A DNA stretch of 64,000 nt from Eledone cirrhosa (GCA_964016885.1 OZ024745.1:63178001-63242000); one strand, 5' to 3'. Positions 27,411 through 41,729 are shown, numbered from the stretch's first letter. Made by a program: numbers and translations. Notes: a model not told the origin generated them from the sequence alone.

Positions 27411-29849
27411 ATGTACGCAAAATAGTTTGCATTAACACATTTTATAACAGCTCCATTTAGTGCCTCTAAACAAACATGATTCCTTTTGATAGTGTGCAGC
27501 TTATTCTGCCGGTATAAAAATATATGAGGGCATAAAACCAAATGTGTTTTCCATCACATATAACTTCCTGAAACAAATTCCAAATAAATACAGAAAGAAT
27601 TTATTTGGAATCAGTCTGACGCACATACGTTACTAAAATAAAACGTTTTTACTTTAATCCATTTTGATAAGATTTCTGGTACAGCATTTCTCTACATACT
27701 TGTTGTATCGTTCTAGAAAACATCTCTTAACGCTTAAATAACAGAAATATTGCTTTTAATAATCTAAAATATTGATTGTTTTACTTCCAGGAGCTTACTT
27801 TGACTGATGTTGTTGTTAGCTTTTGCTTCGTTTGTGGAACAAAGCGATGACAATGTAATTTCAAGAGGAAATGCAAAGCGAAACAACACCAATATGCTTA
27901 CTTGAAATAATATGCAGACCAGTACACGTCGATTATCAGGTTTGGGATTCATCTATGCAAGCCATGCTCCTATTAAGTGAGGAGTTAAATAAAAAAGTCC
28001 CCTTTCTAAAACATATTGAGAACACGAAATATATGTGATACTATATTTTATTATGCTGTCTCAAGTCAGTTTGAATATATAATATCCCGAGACATCTTAA
28101 ATGTTAACTGGAGAAACAACAACGAAAAATTACTAATGCACATTTACCAATTCAAAGTGTTTATCATCATTAAAAAAAATATACTGTTTATTTTGGCTCA
28201 TTTGTATTATTCTTCTACTAAAAGATATATTCATAATTAACCCTGAATGCATTTAATAATAATAAGATAATGACATTTCTCAAGAGAAATCAAAACACTC
28301 ATTCGTTTTCAGGAACGTCCAACCATGATGATTGCAAACTTCACGAGGCCTCATCTATAGATTGTTTCTCACAAAATTATGCTTGAACTCTTGACAACAC
28401 ACTCTCTATTTTGTGGGGATTTTTTTAATATGTAACCCTCAACGTGATAAATGTAGGACTGAAACTTAGACATGTTGCTTAAATAACATTCTAAGATCCA
28501 TAAATTAGCCTTTTTATAGAAACCAGACCAAATCCTTATTTTCTAAAATATAATAAAATAAAATTGGATAAAATTCATTAACTAAAAATATTATTGTAAC
28601 CATATGTGACATATATATATATATATACATAATAGTTTTAATGGTTAATCCCGTATAAAGACCAGCTCTCATCGGGTTTGATCGGAAAATAGAATAACCC
28701 AATGTATTGTGATCAATTGCCCCGTTACAAGTACGCTTATTTACCAGTAGAAAGACAAAACGTTTATTATATAGTGGGATGATTATAATCTGACAGTAGT
28801 AATCTGTTGGATATGTGTGGATGGAGAGAAAATTCCAGAGGATCTATGTGAAAGAAATGTACGTGAAAGAAATGAAACATCGGTAATGCTTTGCCCGGAT
28901 GGTGAAAAACGACTCCCAAAGAAATATCTGTGAGCTTTGGTTATTTTTCTTTTGTGTTGAACTTTTCAGTTCTACTACAAAACAAAATTAATGAGTTGAT
29001 CATTGCAAAATATACTTGGAAATTTATTGATCCTATGGAAAGAAATGTGATCGTTTCCAGAATTGTAACATTCATTTTAATATTCCCTTTACACTGGTAA
29101 ACATTCTTTCACGTTCAAAGATTTTTGAAGGATATATTCATTTGTCTGTTTTACGCAAAACATGGAATAGTGGATTAACTTCTCAGAGAATGTAGGCGAT
29201 TAGAAATATTCGGCCGGCAAGTCAAGACTCCTGCTAAGCAGAGGAATGTTAAGCTTGCTTTCAACATACATATTAGAATATTTACTCAGTGGAAACATAG
29301 AAACAAAAGAAATATTTTCTAATTTACAGTAAACGAAAAAAGAATGAAAAAGTAAAGATGGATAAAGGAAAAATGTAATTTACAGTAAATATTACTTTAC
29401 AAATATTATTATCCATTAGCAACAAAATTTCGCATATTCTCATGATGCGGAAGGACTTTAATTGATTTCATGTTGGTATGCAAAATGTTAATGAAATAGC
29501 TGAGTTTAACGATTTCAGTGTCGACTTAGAAGCAAAGCTACACGTTGCATGATTGTGTTTCAAATTCAAAGCTGCAAATTCCGATTATCGTTCGTAGTCC
29601 AGTGCTGAGAAAACGTGGAAATGAGGGACGAGACAACAAAAGATTTAACAATTATTTTAAAATAGCTGCTTTGCTTTAGGATTAAGGATCTAATGTATAT
29701 GAGCTCGATTTTGTCATTCATAATTTATGGATTTAGAAAGTTGGTGGGGTGTTATATTTTTTTACTCTAGTTGGTTTGGAGCGGATGTATTTTAAAATTT
29801 GGCGTATTTGTCTATTGTGTTGTATGAATAACAAAAATGAACAATAAGG

Positions 29850-30350
29850 TTGGGAAGGTAGATTTAGAGAGGAGTTAGATGCAATACGCTGAGTAAAATT
29901 AGGAACTTTCTTCGCCAGTGATTTACTTGTTCTGTCAAAGTGATTGAGAAAAGGAAAATTTTGTAGAGTTAATAAACATTTATTTTACATTTACCGGTAG
30001 AGAGACGCGATTGTTTATATGATCCTTAATGACGTATCGGAGTAGCGTATTGCGCAACTCAGATTATAATTTTGATGGGATGCCGTATTAGTTAATAGTT
30101 GTTCCAGTTTTTAGAAGTGGTAGACCTGAGAACGTTCCTTGCCTTTAGCAGCTGAAGTTTAGTTACACCTAAATAATCGGGTCTTTGAGATTGCGTTAAA
30201 ATCTTGTTGATTTCGGCCTACATGCCTACTGTGGTCGTATAACTCAACGCATGTGCTACCAGGGATAGATATCATAAAATGTATTGGTCTGAGCTCTGAC
30301 AAGTTAGTAGAAAGAAAGTGTTATAGTATCGGGAACAGGTGACTTTGCAT
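29850..30350 (-). mobile_element. Highly degraded LINE RT relic, possibly RTE
   Basis: YGIPSK motif on the minus strand near 30070-30088; otherwise stop-ridden. Confidence 0.3.
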
Positions 30351-31099
30351 TAGAAGTGACTGAGAAGTGAGGGAGTGACTGAAACAAGATTTTTTTGTGC
30401 AATCCGTTAGTGAAGGGCAGAGACTATGTGCGTGTATTTGTGTTTAGCTATTGAGGTGAGTATATGTTAAATGGGTATTAGAATGATTACATGTCGATCT
30501 GCGATAAGTGACGTCTATGAAACTAATATTTGTAGAGAGCAGAAAATTGCGAATTATAAAGTACCATCTGTAAGGTGTGACAATGGAGGCCAAAAGATGT
30601 TGTGAGTGTTGAAGTCACTACTAATTGGGTTAAAATTAAGAAATTTAATGTAGACAATTAGGGAAACCAGAAAATTAGCTCAAAACGAAGGTTACAGTAC
30701 TTTACAACTGAGGATTCTGATAAGATAAAGCATTAAGTAATGAAGGAGAAAATTAGAAATGAATACTACAGAAGTGTCAAGGCAATATTCAGTGCTCGAA
30801 ATTAGATTTGATTGCAGTAGGATCTATTTTGTGTAAGATTGGTATAACATTTATTGGTTTATTTATTCGGGTCTTATTATTTGAAATTTTGTTTTCATTT
30901 AGGTATAGGTTTTCTATAGTGTGACGGTCTATTCAGCGATAGTTTCTATTCGTATTTAGCTTGTTATTCTATTCCTGATTAGCATTATTATTTGCATTCG
31001 CTTGACGTCGTGTGTATCATGGATTTGGTTTAGGTATGTTTAAGTTCTAGTAACAGGATAATAGGTAATAACGAAAAATGCGATTATAACAATAAAGAT

Positions 31100-32538
31100 A
31101 CCCAGTGGTAGGTAGTACCACTCAAGGAAGTAGTAGGAATCCCACAAATCCTAAACTACCCTATTTTCTGAAAGCATCTGAGGACAGCGCGCCTCACCAT
31201 TCAAAATTCTGCAGACTACAGGTATATGGTCAGAGCAGGACAAATAACTCGAGCCACCCTCGTTACATTTACTTAACTTCTAAAGAATGTACTGGGGGCA
31301 GCAATTCCCTCCCCACCCTCACCTTCCTTTCCAAGAAGAACTTGAAAAGGTTGATGAGGGCTTAGCCGAAGAGGAAAGTGTGTACTTTCAACAGCGTCCA
31401 TCACCAAACCTATTTTTCCACAGCCACCAGGTAGAGGGTAACTGCCTGCCTATCCATCCAAAAGGTGGTGGAGTGAGCTTCACGATGAACTCGGTCGAAA
31501 TTCAGATTTGTCCTTCAGGTGATAACAGCTGTTTGATAAAAGTGCACATGTTAGTAATGCACGGACACGGGACAAGTTTGTGGGTTAAAAGACATACTTC
31601 GTGCTGCAACAGGGAACCGCGAATTGTTTCATGATCGGAGCTTCACTTTTAAAAGCACTGAAATGCCGGCAAACATCCTTAACTTTGCGATGAGTTGTAC
31701 GCTGAGCGTTACTTTTTTTCTCCTTGCTATTTCTACTTGGCTCCGATCGTTTCTTACCTGTGGCTTCTCATTTGTAAGTAATCGTCTTTTTTTAGGTATC
31801 TATCAACACCTCTCGGAATGGATAAGCCAGCCTAGGATGTTTCCATTTTTGTCAGTTTGGCCGCTTGAGCCAAACGAGTGTGTTTTACAGCGTAGTTCGT
31901 ACAAAAAGTTTCGGCACTTTTGGCATCTATTGCTGCAAATAAATTCCTGTTGCTGTTATTGGTATTGTTATTGTTATTGTTGCTGTTATTGTTATTGATA
32001 TTCAGGTTATTGTTGTCATTGTTGTTCATGTTGTACATGTTGTTATTAATTGTATTGTCCCTGTCGCCTGTGTTACTTTTGATTTTGTTTCACTTGTTGC
32101 AGTGAGGGCGTTAGTGTGTTTCATTTGGCACTCCGTACTCTCAAAAATTTCGCGGTTGGTGCACAAGCTATTAAGTTTTGGTTGTTATTGTTGTTGTTAC
32201 CGTTGCTGATTCTGTTGAAGCTGTTGCTGTTGATGTTGTTTTTGTTTCTACTGCTGCTGTCATTGTTTGCTGAATTTTGGGTAGCCGGCTATTCTGTTTA
32301 GTGGAGGAAACATTTTAGTCTGTCATCATAATGTTCACGAAAAACCGAGCTGCGTGCTTTATAAACAAACACAGGTTTAGACCCATGGCATTATAGGTGG
32401 AGATAGACTAACCATCTCACGACGATTCTGTTTAGTTTAACTACGAAACTGTAAAATTTTTCAAAAGAAGTTGTATAACAGTGTGGAAATAGAACAAACT
32501 TACAGGTGAGATATGAAACACGTCTCGAAAGCCTTAGC
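31100..32538 (-). mobile_element. Old, internally deleted Tx1-family copy (ORF2 C-terminus joined to ORF1 N-terminus and 5' UTR)
   Basis: 31220-31560 resembles the 3' end of array ORF2; 31620-32290 has the Asn/Ser-rich ORF1 start with an FAGI motif; GTAAGT about 36 nt from the presumed 5' end. Confidence 0.7.
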
Positions 32539-32789
32539 AACAATTATATCAATGGTATATAACATAATAATGGCATGTTTGCATATATACGATTGTCCTT
32601 CATAAAAAAATTGATTAGCGTGCGAAAGGCTTGGCCATTATGCCGGCTCTGTTATACGAACTCTTTAACCTCACATAGTTGTCAGGGATTAGTTGACTGG
32701 TCTAATTAAATACTAAAACGTGAATTTAATTCAGATTAAAATTAAACTCCGACTATCTCAGACGGAAAAGCATTATATCTCTTTCAGAA

Positions 32790-32979
32790 GGCGGTGGATT
32801 GGCAGTATCGGAAGAGGGTCGGACGCCATGCTTTGACGCAAAGAGTTACGTCCCTTTCCATTCTAAGTTCAAATCCCGCCTAGGTTAACTTTGCCTTTCA
32901 TCTTTACGGGGTCGATAAAATAAAGTACCAGTAATACACTGGGTATTGCTGGCCTTGTGCCTACGGTAGAAATAATTAT
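32790..32979 (+). mobile_element. SINE S1 with 17-bp TSD
   Basis: TSD ATTATATCTCTTTCAGA at 32772-32788 and 32975-32991. Confidence 0.92.
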
Positions 32980-34999
32980 ATCTCTTTCAGATATTATGAA
33001 ATTTGTGTAACTGGCTGCTGTCATCATAATGTTCACATATAATCAATAGCCTTCTCCTTGGGATACTAAGCGGAATATAACAGATTCAGCTATACAATTT
33101 CTAGCTATATGAATATAAATAATAATGTTTATTTCTTCATATATTTGGAAATAATTGAGAGTTTAAATAAAGAGAAAATTAGAATTTTATGTGAGATATT
33201 CTATAACGGAATTTCTGACAAATTAATTGGTGTTATAGTTTAGTAAACATAATAGTTTAAATGAAATAAGTAATACGTTTTTTTATTTATAATGACAACT
33301 GATTTCTCCATTAGATTAAAGACAATTAATCGATTAAATTATTGCGAAAGAGAAGTGTTAAATTAGAGAAATCATGTGTTAGCCTACGGAAAGAGAAAAC
33401 CTAAATGCCAATATTGTTTCAGATAGAGACAATAGCAGCAAAAACACAATATAAAGTCATAAGTATAGAGAATATATATTTATGTTTAAAGTATCTTTAC
33501 TAATAATGAAATGATTAATGTACTCCATGTAATGTAAGTCAGAAGAGTCTATCATGTACGTAGAAATTAGTGCTATGTTTCACAACAATGAGTGCTATGT
33601 TTCGTAATGAAGGAGTATACAGACCTAAATGTTGCGCACTTGTGTCACATTTTTTCAGGGACTATGTTGAAAGATATACCTCATTTTGTCTTTCCGTGAG
33701 AGTATCCTGGTCAGTTTATGAACTTTCAGGTGACCCTCGTAGTGTGATGGGATGGGGACCAAAGAACGAGAAAGACAATTATCCCCCCGATTGGGATTTG
33801 CTTGATAGATATTCAATTGAAATACTCTTGTTAGAGATTGAGTACATGTCAGGACTATACAGAAATATCAGACAAACTATATTTTATTTATTTACATTAT
33901 TGAAGATTACACGCATATGTTATATTATTTTCAAATATCTAAATACATAACTATACAAACGCATTAGATGCAATATCTGAAATAATGTCTAAACTTTCTA
34001 ACAATAACTTAACGCAGAATAGACATCGCAGCAAATAGAATAGTTTTAATGGAACTCGACATTTATACTGGGATTTCTGTTATAGAATACTAGAGGTAGG
34101 TCGCTAGAATACCTAAATATGCTAATATGCATGTTGAAACTTGGATTCATTTTTCCCGAATTATCTGTATGTAAGAACAATATGTAGGAAGGCATTATCA
34201 TAGAAAACATACAGTAACATCTGATGTGATTATATGATTATTTCCGTGTTGGAATTTCTCAAATGTTATTATATATTGCCTGTCATTGATGGTGTGGATA
34301 GTAATTTTAGCTTTCTATTTAGTCTATATAAGGCAGTTAAGGCCGAGGGCTGGGGCTGACTTCATCTTTCTTTTTATATTGAGAGAAAACAAATTAATTT
34401 AATGTAGTTTGCTCACAAATATTCAAATAAATGTATTTAACAATTTAAATATTTGAAAAACACAGCATTTTGTTCGATTTGTTCAAAATGTATAACCTAA
34501 TATGCAGTACAATTTGTTAGGTAATTTAATCAATGATTTGCATTCTCGCTGGGATGGTTTTGTAAAAATGCATGACAATAGATAGATTGATGTAACACTA
34601 GATAAATAAAACCCCAAAACATTGACCGAAAAGCAATTAAATGAGATATTAAACACTATGAACAAAGATAAGACACAAAAAAGACGACTTTGCTAATGTG
34701 AATACACTGGGGAATTTCAGAGTAAAGAATTCAGATATACTCACGAAAAATATTCCTTAGGCACTGCTCCAATTTTGCAAAAACAAAAAATGAATAAATA
34801 AAATGGAGATACGTATTCTGCGGCACTGTAAAGAAAAGGACAGGGCACATCTGTTAGCACCACCTAACGAGCCTGTCCATCGGCGTAGAAGGTAGTCCCT
34901 CGCAGAGAACTTTGCACATAAGGACTGGAGTCAATTTCACTCGAGATAAGTGAGTGTGGCTTTATATGAAAGGGGTATGCCATCGAGTTTATTGGTGAT

Positions 35000-35390
35000 C
35001 TGGCGATTAGAGTCCTTTGTATAGATGTAGAATGATGTTCCAATCGTCCTTGACATGCTCATCTCCAATCCCTATTTCTTGAAATATATTGCCAATTGTG
35101 TCATGTCTGCTATTAGTTCGCTCTAGGTTACCTCAGACTCAACAATATCGAGAAGAGTAAGATCATCTGCGTAGATATACTGCCTGAATATTGTGCAGTA
35201 ATGAACGATGGGGCATTTTAAGACGGCTACATGCCAATGGCTAAAATATTCGTGGGCGCTATTTAAACCACTGACCACACGCGCTCTAGATATATCCTCC
35301 ATAAATGCAAGAAACCTGTCTAACAACTAGACAGCCACAGACCAAAACATGACAATCCATACTCTTCCCAACTCCTCACTATGAAACTTT
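35000..35390 (-). mobile_element. Degraded LINE RT relic
   Basis: YADDLTLL motif in ORF 35123-35326. Confidence 0.35.
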
Positions 35391-35663
35391 CAACACACAA
35401 AGAAACGGTAAAAAGAGCAAACAGTCGTACAAATCTCTAAATTCTATGACAAATATATTTCACAGCCAAAAAGACTTTTAGGTAAACACCCCACTATATC
35501 ATTCCAGTCATATAATAGATTTCCCCAGACATATATACGAACATGAGCCTTCTATTTTGCATAATACTAAATAAGCGTTATCCCTCTTATCTAACTCACA
35601 ATCGTTTTCCCCTCTATAACATGATCTGTACAGAATGTTTTCTAACGTCCACACCTTTTTCAC

Positions 35664-35705
<42 letters not shown>

Positions 35706-35892
35706 AGTATGCCTGTGTGCTTATGTTTGTACATATAAATGTGTGTAAAGGCTTTTTATTCTTAGCCCAGTCATTTCTTATTCCTTACCTATTGACAATT
35801 GTTCATTTTCCTTCTCGTGTATCCCTGCATTATTTCTAAGCTCTTGATTAGAGAAGACATGATTGACGATTTATCCATTTTAAGCTATATTT

Positions 35893-36170
35893 GGAGGCGC
35901 GTGACCCAGTGGTAGGCGTGTTGGAGATACGATCATAATGTCGTGGGTTCGAATCCTGTAGTGGTTTCTGTGTTATGTTCTCGAGCAAAACATTTAATTT
36001 CACGTTGCTCTAATATACTCAGCTGAATATGAGTACCAGCAATAATTGGAAGTTTAACTTGCAACGAAGAGGCGTCCTGTCCAAGGGGTAGTCTTGTACT
36101 TTATGTCGCTTCACGCTACGAAACCGGGATAAGCACCGGCCTAACAAGCCTTCTAGCTTGAGACAGACTA
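35893..36170 (+). mobile_element. Second tRNA-derived SINE family (S2)
   Basis: tRNA-like head with A box TGACCCAGTGG and B box GGTTCGAATCC; CORE-like CTCGAGCAAAACATTTAA; unrelated to S1. Confidence 0.75.
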
Positions 36171-36977
36171 TTGTGTGTGAAGTCATTCACTCACACACCG
36201 CACCACCTTTTCTGTCTATCTCGACATACACAGATTCAGGCATACAAGAAACTTGTACTGGCATATATATATCTACATAGCTCTATGTTTATAACAATTA
36301 CCCAAATAAAAGAATAAATGGGACATTCAATAGTTTAGTTTCATTGCTAAATAATTAGTCTTAAAGTGACTAGAAAAGATAAATGTCAAATCTGATATCA
36401 TATGATTACTGGTTTTTTTGTGACGTCCATGCACGGATTGTTTTAATCACTATTTTCACTTTTTCTCGGAATTTCTCTTCATTTCCTTTTGTCTTAAAAA
36501 TGAATATATTTGACCATCAAATCTTAGAATGTTGAGCAAAGTCGTAGTGTAGAATAGTAAAAACAACTTAAAATGATTTTGTCTACAACTAAGTGGAAGT
36601 GATTGCTACCATTGATTTTCTTTCATTTGTTATCGATTTATAAGTGCAAATAATTTAGTAATATCTAATTCAGTGCAAATTCAAATCGTCATTATTGAAA
36701 GAACATAAGATATTAAGGAATTGGTGCAAAATGAGACAAACTGACATCAAACCCTTATTTAACTATCTTTTAGCCTTCCTTGATAGGAGTAAACGATGAT
36801 AATAGATATAAATGATTTTAGTCACTGAAATAATAACAAGAAATAACAAACACCATACCCATGGATTTCTGAGTATATTTGAGGTTTCATGTTAGATGTA
36901 GATATAAACACATACACGCATACTTAAATAAAATTGTGTGTATTTTTTCTAATATATGTGTATTTTTACTTTTTATG

Positions 36978-37046
<69 letters not shown>

Positions 37047-38821
37047 TAAAATAACAGATTAAAGTTTAAGCAAAGAATCGCTGCTTTCACCCTTAACGGG
37101 ATCTTATATATATATATATATAAATATGAAGTCTCTTTTTATACACAAAAAAAACAAGTATCAAGTTGAATTCGTAACACAAAAGATGGAGTGTAATGAA
37201 TATATTCACTATATTGACATGATGGGATACCTCAAAGTTTCCTAAAGTAAGTATATTGCATAATCAATATTTTACTTCACATTTACCAGTATAAAAATAA
37301 TATATACCATTCTATATGTAAATCTCATTCACTCCTCTTCTCTTTCTCATTCCCTCTCTTCATATATATGTGTGTTGTTGCACATTAACATCAGAATATG
37401 ATGTTCCAATTAAATTTTAAATTCATGTTTTATGTGATGATTTTATTTTAATAATAAATACCATTGCAGTAAAATGATCTCACTCATAAATCGGTATCCA
37501 AATATATAAACAGAATGATAGTTGCTTGTTTTATTTTAATCTTAGCCTAAGAAATAAATATCCAAATATCTGAGGAACATATTCTTTCATAGACACCTTT
37601 CATTTCGTTTTAGCCGTACTATGAATTATGTCTTTACATATTGTAATAAATACCATACGTGTAAACGAAAATGGTAGAGTAGAACTGCTTTAGAAAGTTG
37701 GAATAATTAATAGTTTTATATTTAATACTACAATTTACAATCCTAATATATATATTTGTATAATATCATTTCCAATTATACTTAGCAAACAATGTTCGAT
37801 TTAACCTCAGCTCTATCTGATTTGCAATTGAATGAATCATTGTTAGATTGAATCATTATGTTGTGTAATATCGCTTGATTCAATCAATACATCTCTTTTT
37901 CCATGTTTTCACTACTTCACACATATGCAAAATAATATGTATTTATTCGAGTTTTTACAAATGAAGGAAACGTGCTTTTGTTTCGTTTACAATTGCCATA
38001 ATCTATTCTATCCTTAAGTAGAGAACGTAGTTTTTAACACTCATATATCATTATAGAATTTTAAAGTATAACATATTCTAAGGATTTTATTTTCACTTGA
38101 AATTATATAAAGGTAAAGACATAAACAATGGAAATACGACTAAAAGAAAAACAATAACGGTTAAATCATCATTTCATGAAACATTATGATGATACGTATA
38201 GCTTATGTGGAATGAATACATGAATTTTAAATATTATTTAAATAATCCAAGCAATTTTTTAGCCGTTCAAAGAGTGGCACTTGAATATAAATCATACTGT
38301 AACTAAATAAGATAATCAGTATTTAGAGTAGGATTAGCGAAATTTCCATATTTTACTTTTCCAAAAGGTTGGTAAATGAAAACAATTCCGCCTTCTAAAA
38401 AAACGTTGCTTTAAAATATTATTGCTAATTAACATTCGTTCATTAAATATATTTTTGTACTCGACAAAATATTATTTTCTAATATCCTTAAGATACCAAG
38501 ACATCACTACGACGGCATTAATTTGACACAATATAACCACTAAAGAACAAATTAATATAATATTTTGATTGGTTGCATAAATACACTAGATTTACATTGC
38601 CATCCATCTACGCATATTTAATATAAATTATATCAAAATAAAACTAAGGATCCAATTGAAATATAACTTGTACACAAAATATAGAGAAGTAACAGGGAGG
38701 AACCTGAAGACACAAATATCCGATGTTTAATCAATTATTGAAAACATTTAAATCAATGGTGAGGTAGCCGTAGGTATTTCGTCTTTTTATATGTACAGAT
38801 TACATTGTACATCATTTAAAT

Positions 38822-38847
38822 ATTGTTTCTACTTTTGGCACAAGGTC
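38822..38847 (-). mobile_element. Minimal 3'-end insertion of SINE S1 (~26 bp)
   Basis: Only CCTTGTGCCAAAAGTAGAAACAAT, between direct repeats ACATCAT(T/C)TAAATATT. Confidence 0.65.
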
Positions 38848-39210
38848 ACATCATCTAAATATTACCATTGTTAATGAGGAAAGTATCATATTTGTCTGTC
38901 TTTTTCGCAGACCGACCAATCTTGTAAGGAATCCCTATTTGGCGAGCCGTTTTATTGGTTTCAAAATTGACTAATCACTAAGGAAAACCTTATCAAGTGT
39001 ATTGTGTTATCTTCCTTGAACCTAGACATTGTAAAGCCAAGTAAAATAAGTTAGAGTTAGACAGCCGTAAATGTTTAGCAATCGGCTGTCGTTTCACTAG
39101 TATCCTGTCCAGAATTTCAAGTCAATCTAAGAGAAAGAACTGGATACTAGAACTAGAGAAAGAACTAGAGAAAATTGAAAAGAAATCATATGTACATAAA
39201 TTATAGGCAT

Positions 39211-39584
39211 TCGGTAGAGGGTCAGATACCATGCTTTGCAGTAAAGAGTTACGGCCCTTTATGTTCAGCGTTCAAATCCCGCCGAGGTTAACTTTGCCTT
39301 TCATCTTTACGGGGTCGACAAAATAAAGTACCAGTAATACACTGAGATAATTTCTGGCCTTGTGCCAAAAGTAGAAACAATTATCTTTATATGGGCAATG
39401 GAATGGCAGTATCGGTAGAGGGTCGGACGTCATGCTTGGACGCATAGAGTTACGTCCCTTTCCATTCTGAGTTCAAATCCCGCTGAGGTTAACTTTGCCT
39501 TTCATCCTTACGGGGTCGATAAAATAAGGTACCAGTCATGTACTGAGTAATTGCTGGCCTTGTGTCAAAAGTAGAAACAATTAT
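39211..39584 (+). mobile_element. Tandem SINE S1 pair; the second copy is inserted at the tail of the first
   Basis: Copies at 39211-39384 and 39394-39584; TSD ATTATCTTTATATG at 39380-39393 and 39580-39593. Confidence 0.9.
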
Positions 39585-39712
39585 CTTTATATGAACTCAA
39601 CAGAATGTTCAATTTAGTATGTTCAGCTAGCAAATGGATCTATTCTAAAATATTTGTATTAAATTTCCATTTCGTATTTTGAGAATCGCACGCACGCACA
39701 GACACACACACA

Positions 39713-39805
<93 letters not shown>

Positions 39806-39811
<6 letters not shown>

Positions 39812-40014
39812 TAAAACAACAGATTACAGTTCAAGCAAAGAATCGGTGCTTTCACCCTTAACTGAAGATACCGTTAAGGGTGAAAGCCGCGATTCTTTGC
39901 TTGAACTTTAATCTGTTATTTTAATAAATATTTGCTCTAGGGTTCTTATATATTTGATATATATTTATCTTTATCGAACCCTCTTTGTATTTTAATCTTC
40001 AAATTTATTATTAT

Positions 40015-40020
<6 letters not shown>
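39806..40020. mobile_element. Short foldback member of the 23.2-24.6 kb family (~55-bp arms plus tail) in (TA)n
   Basis: 39806-39862 is inverted at 39875-39930; the tail matches the reverse complement of 23222-23310. Confidence 0.8.
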
Positions 40021-40073
<53 letters not shown>

Positions 40074-40810
40074 TATAATGGCCAATTTGCCGGAAGATCG
40101 TGAAGAACTATTACAAGACTCTGGATATGTCTTCAGTTTTAAAAGGAAATTATGAGAATGTCGGTTACGAATAAATAAATCCGCCACATTAATTAATTTT
40201 AACTTAACTTTTGACTAATATAGTTAGTTTAAGTTGTCAAAATTTAGAAGCACTTCATTTGACTGTAAAGAAATTCTCAGTAGGTTTGTAAACCTAATCA
40301 GTGTAGGAAACCACTTTAAAATGACACAAAATAAATGAAAATTAATGGAAAGAGATTCAATGTATTTAGATATCTGACTAGGACAGGTAATACTTTCTAG
40401 TCTGTCGCATAAAAATAACATTTATACAGAGAGAATGTTCAAGTCATGACACAGAAGAAAATGAAAAATCTAGGTTAACAGATGTGGTAGCTAGAATGAA
40501 GAAACTGTCGAGTGCAAACTTGTTAACGTAAGTGGAAAAGTAACAAACGTAGACAGGTAGGTGACAAATATATTCGCAGTGCGCCTGCAGCCACTTCATA
40601 GTCAGGTGCACCTTTTAACTATCTTACGAAACTCGTTGACTTTGTGAAATGACATACTATTACTACATAACATTTCAATAAATATTCTCATCAAGAATTT
40701 AAAACAATTGAATCGGTAAAACACAATTTATTTACCCTAGTGTTTACAGGAGTGTTTACCCTCAGCAATTTATCCTGTCCTGCACTTAATTGGGCCTTGG
40801 ACATCTAAGT

Positions 40811-41005
40811 CAGTGGTTCTCAATCTTCTTTTGCCAATGGCACACTTTGGAACACATGAAAAATAACGGCACACCTGGCTAAATATATATGAAAAATATT
40901 TGAATTTTACAAAATAAAAACATGGCGAAAATAAAATTTCGCGGCACACTTGGGAAGACCTCGCGGCACACCAGTGTGCCGCGGCACACTGGTTGAGAAT
41001 CACTG
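40811..41005. mobile_element. hAT (Charlie/Buster-type) MITE
   Basis: TIRs CAGTGGTTCTCAA / TTGAGAATCACTG; perfect 8-bp TSD ATCTAAGT with central TA at 40803-40810 and 41006-41013. Confidence 0.93.
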
Positions 41006-41406
41006 ATCTAAGTGAAGGCTACGCATCAAGTTAGGCTCGAATGAAATTTAGTGAATATGAACATTCAGCAATATGTATTATCGCAAATGGGCAACATCAT
41101 AGACCAAATTTTACATAGCTTAGAAAAACAAATCTCTAAAAGGCGAAGAAATGAAAGGGAATATTTTCATTCAGTTTCTATGTACCGATCTACATATACA
41201 TGAATCTACACGCCAAACCCGCTATCTGTTTTCTCCCCTAGTCTCTGTCTCTCTCTCACCCTCTCTCCCTTTCTCTCCCCCTCTCTCTCTCTCTCTCTTA
41301 TATATTTGGCAGCATGAGCCTCCCAAAGTATATCTATATAAGCCGCCCACAAACATATATATATACCTACACGCACACACAGGCACACACGCACACACGC
41401 ACACAC

Positions 41407-41478
<72 letters not shown>

Positions 41479-41729
41479 ACACATACACACACAAACAAAC
41501 ACACACAAATATATATATATATATATATAGTAAAAGAATGAAGAATAACATGGCTTTACAAAAAGGGTTTACAGTTTTAACAATAGTCTAAAAGCCGCTG
41601 ATCGCTTAAAATTACGTCACTCGACCTTAATTACAATGTTTGCCTGATGAAATCATTGGAATACTGACATGTGTATAAAACAGGGCACTGGTATTTATAG
41701 ATATATCGGAGAATAAGATAAATGAAAAC

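Noticed and set aside
27790-27905. Short signal-peptide-like frame (MLLLAFASFVEQSDD...) after a TTCCAG
   Set aside because: Too short, with no supporting exons or recognisable homology.
30600-30830. Possible R4/Dong-like RT remnant (EYYRSVKAIF...)
   Set aside because: Similarity is limited to a few residues and cannot be supported without a profile search.
35893-35970. tRNA gene
   Set aside because: A and B boxes are present but there is no cloverleaf, and the sequence continues into a SINE body; the same applies to the S1 heads.
39863-39897. CTGAAGA...GAAA hammerhead-like motif in the foldback family
   Set aside because: No proper NUH site or stem I, and the copies at 23370 and 24520 read CAGAAGA; at most a degenerate remnant.
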